Shown in pieces: positions 61,340 through 64,000 of a stretch of DNA of 64,000 bases. A model generated the notes under the pieces. The model saw nothing but the letters and a program-made list of their open reading frames with translations, was not told the origin of the DNA and searched no databases. The stretch's first letter is position 1; each line of letters starts with the position of its first letter. A program made the position numbers and the translations under genes. The stretch is from Eledone cirrhosa. Lineage: Eukaryota. The DNA lies in assembly GCA_964016885.1 (NCBI GenBank), contig OZ024744.1:31992001-32056000 (forward strand), given 5' to 3'.

Positions 61340-63900
61340 ATGCTAACCAAAGACTACCTACCTTTGTCACTTAAGAACATACCCATTCCATCTAGGAATA
61401 CATATGAGAGGTTGCTCGTCGTCAGTGTTAACTCCTTTGTCGAACGAATTAGGTGGCGCGCCTTCCACTTTGATAAAAACCGGGACAAACCCCAGCAAGA
61501 GAACCGAGATATTAAATATTATAAGAATCAACCACATAAAATTATGCTGGATGGCTTTGAGAACGATTCTTTAGCTCTTGTAAGGAATATCAGGTACAGG
61601 AAAAATCACACTAACACTAATAAATTCCGTAAAATCCTCAAATCTATAGTTAAGGGCTTTAGCGATAGTGACTCTATCCTCGTCCTATCAGATAAAACTA
61701 AACATATTTATAGCGTAGATTATAAAACTTATCGCAAGTTCATCTATAAAGAACTCAATAGGAACTATAAGAAGACAACTTACACCAACCTGGATGAAAT
61801 AAACTTGGAGGGGCTTGACATCGTTAGGAAATTAAAACTTGAGAGATACAACCAACCCCTTACTCCTAGCAACCTAGGTTCACACTAAAAGACCATAAGG
61901 AAGACTTTATAAGCAACCCCTCTGTTAGGCTAATTAGCCCATCTAAATCGGACATAAGGATCATAAGTAAGAAGATTTTAGATGGGATTATACCTGTAAT
62001 TAGAAATAAAATTTACCTTGACCTGTGGGGGAATACGGAGGAGGTGATTGAATGGTTCTCAAGCATTAGTAACCATAGCTCCTCTTATGTTCGTCCAATT
62101 TGATATTGATTCGTATTACACCTCTATCTATCCCATCCTTCTGAATAAGGCCCTCATCCTGGCCATGCAGAATAGTGATCTAACCAGATCCCAAATTGAT
62201 ATCGTTCTTGCCGCACGTAAAACTAGAATCCTTTTTGAGGAGCAATTATGGACCCGGAAGAACACCCCTAACAACTTTGATATCACGATGGGTTCTAGCG
62301 ACTCGGCACAGGTCACTGATTTAGTTGGACTTTACCTCCTCCATGAGCTGCATAAAACATTTCCGTATCTTCGAGGTGGATTATACCGCGACGACGCCCT
62401 CCTCACCCTTGAGTATAAAAAATATAACATTGAAAGGACAAGGAAGGACTTGCGTAAATTCTTTAAAAACTTTAACCTTAGTATTCCCTTGGATAATAAT
62501 AAGGCAGTTAATTTCTTAGATGTAACCCTTGACCTAGAAAATAAGATCTTCACACCTTATCATAAACCTAATGAAAGACTGACGTATGTGAATGTTAATT
62601 CCAACCATCCTCAATCAGTACTAAATGCAATTGTTAAAGACCTATCTAATAGGATTAGCCGTTTGTCACATAGCGAGGACGCATTCAATTCTAATGTTGA
62701 TTACTACAATGATGCACTGGCGAAGTCTGGCTATAGGAACAAGTTATATTACGTACCTAGCAGCTCCCAAACCACCCATGCTGGACCAAATAGTATAATT
62801 ACGCACAAAATGTCAATGAATAAGAATAATAATAGAAATAGGAGTAGGTAAGGCTCTTATAGTAAATAATTTGGTCCGATCCCTACGGAATAGCCCTGCT
62901 GTGCATCCTCCTCATACTCCTGCTAATAACACTAATAACGGTATGATGAGATCTAGAGTCACAACGCGCAGTAGGCCTGTTGAGGGTGGGGAACAAAACA
63001 ATGTGGGACATTCACAACAGGTAAATTATAGCAACAATATTGATGGCAGTAGGAGTAATGGTGGCTATAGCAGTAACCCTCTCTTATGAGGAAAATAGAA
63101 TGAATAAAAGATGACGTAACACTTACTTTAACCCACCCTACAACTCGGAAATCCTAACTAACCTTCCCAGAACCTTCTTCTTAATCCTAGAAAGGAACTT
63201 CCCGCTTGGCAGTAGATACCATAGTATAATCAATAAAAATACGATTAAGCTATTTTACTCCACCACCCCTAACCTAGCCTGCCACCTAGCACACACAAAT
63301 AAAAAGAAAATTAGAGTAGGGTTCGACACCATAACATCTGTAAGTAACCACCAACAACCTAACCTATTGGGAAATGTGTTACCCGATGATGGTAACGACA
63401 CATCAAAAGAACTACCCCCGCATCGGGAAAGTATTACCAACTAATCCTCCCGAAACACGAGGAGCAATACACACCGCAACTGTAATTGTAGACGGGGGGA
63501 AAGTTGCCCTTTGAACGGCAATTGCCTCATGAGGAATATAGTTTATGCTTGTGATGTTGTGACGGCAACCTCCACTAAAACATATATGGGATCTACTTCT
63601 ACCCCCTTTAAGACTAGATACAACTCCAACAAATACACTTTTAGATACGATAGGCTCAGGAATACCACCCCCTGGCTAAATATATTTCCTTCTTAAAAAA
63701 CGCTAGTATTAATTATACCCTTAACTGGAGATTGGTAACTAAATCTACGCCCTACTGCCCCCCGAGCAATACTTGTAACCTGTGCCTTCTTGAGTCTCAC
63801 GCCATAATATACTCTAGATGTTACCTGCTCAATAGGAAATCTGAAATATTTTCTTCTTGCATACATAGGAATTTTTGTTCTTTTTACCAATTTAAGCCAA
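61340..63900 (+). pseudogene. Near full-length Penelope-like RT/GIY-YIG ORF disrupted by frameshifts and stops (GLYRDD type, related to the 8193-9250 fragment)
   Basis: SLKNIPIPS, RIRWRA, SDKT, QFDIDSYYTSI, FDITMGS, GLYRDDA, VNFLDVTLDL, NGNCLMRNIVY..YMGST..FKTRY. Confidence 0.9.
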
Positions 63901-64000
63901 TTAGCTAGATCTGCCGGTTATCAATCCTTTCTCCGCTGGGACGTCATTAACTAGTGACTGAAAAGAGTAATACCCCGTATGTGCATTTTACGTCATGGAT

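Overview
AT- and microsatellite-rich animal genomic DNA. The SINE types and simple-repeat load suggest a cephalopod such as Octopus, but that is inference. I found no host gene; the window is almost all mobile elements and repeats. (1) A 10.5-kb palindrome (15063-25614) is built from near-identical 490-bp units, about 8.7 in one orientation then about 12.8 inverted. Each unit carries a minimal type I hammerhead ribozyme (HHR), so it looks like a non-LTR retrozyme array, and there are dispersed relatives of it. (2) There are several Penelope-like elements (PLEs; RT plus GIY-YIG). One has a long open ORF and an inverted HHR-bearing pLTR (45661-50505). (3) More than ten distinct HHR sequence families occur, including U3-A8 and GCAA core variants. 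(4) A recurring inverted architecture with both 3' ends pointing outward appears from about 0.1 to 10 kb, mostly embedded in (TA)n, often with its axis in or beside the HHR. The window also holds fragments of R4-like, RTE and CRE-like LINEs, a degenerate Gypsy-like LTR element, a non-autonomous Helitron, tRNA-derived SINEs, telomere-like repeats and 19-bp and 30-bp minisatellites. All ribozyme folds were derived by eye and activity is untested.
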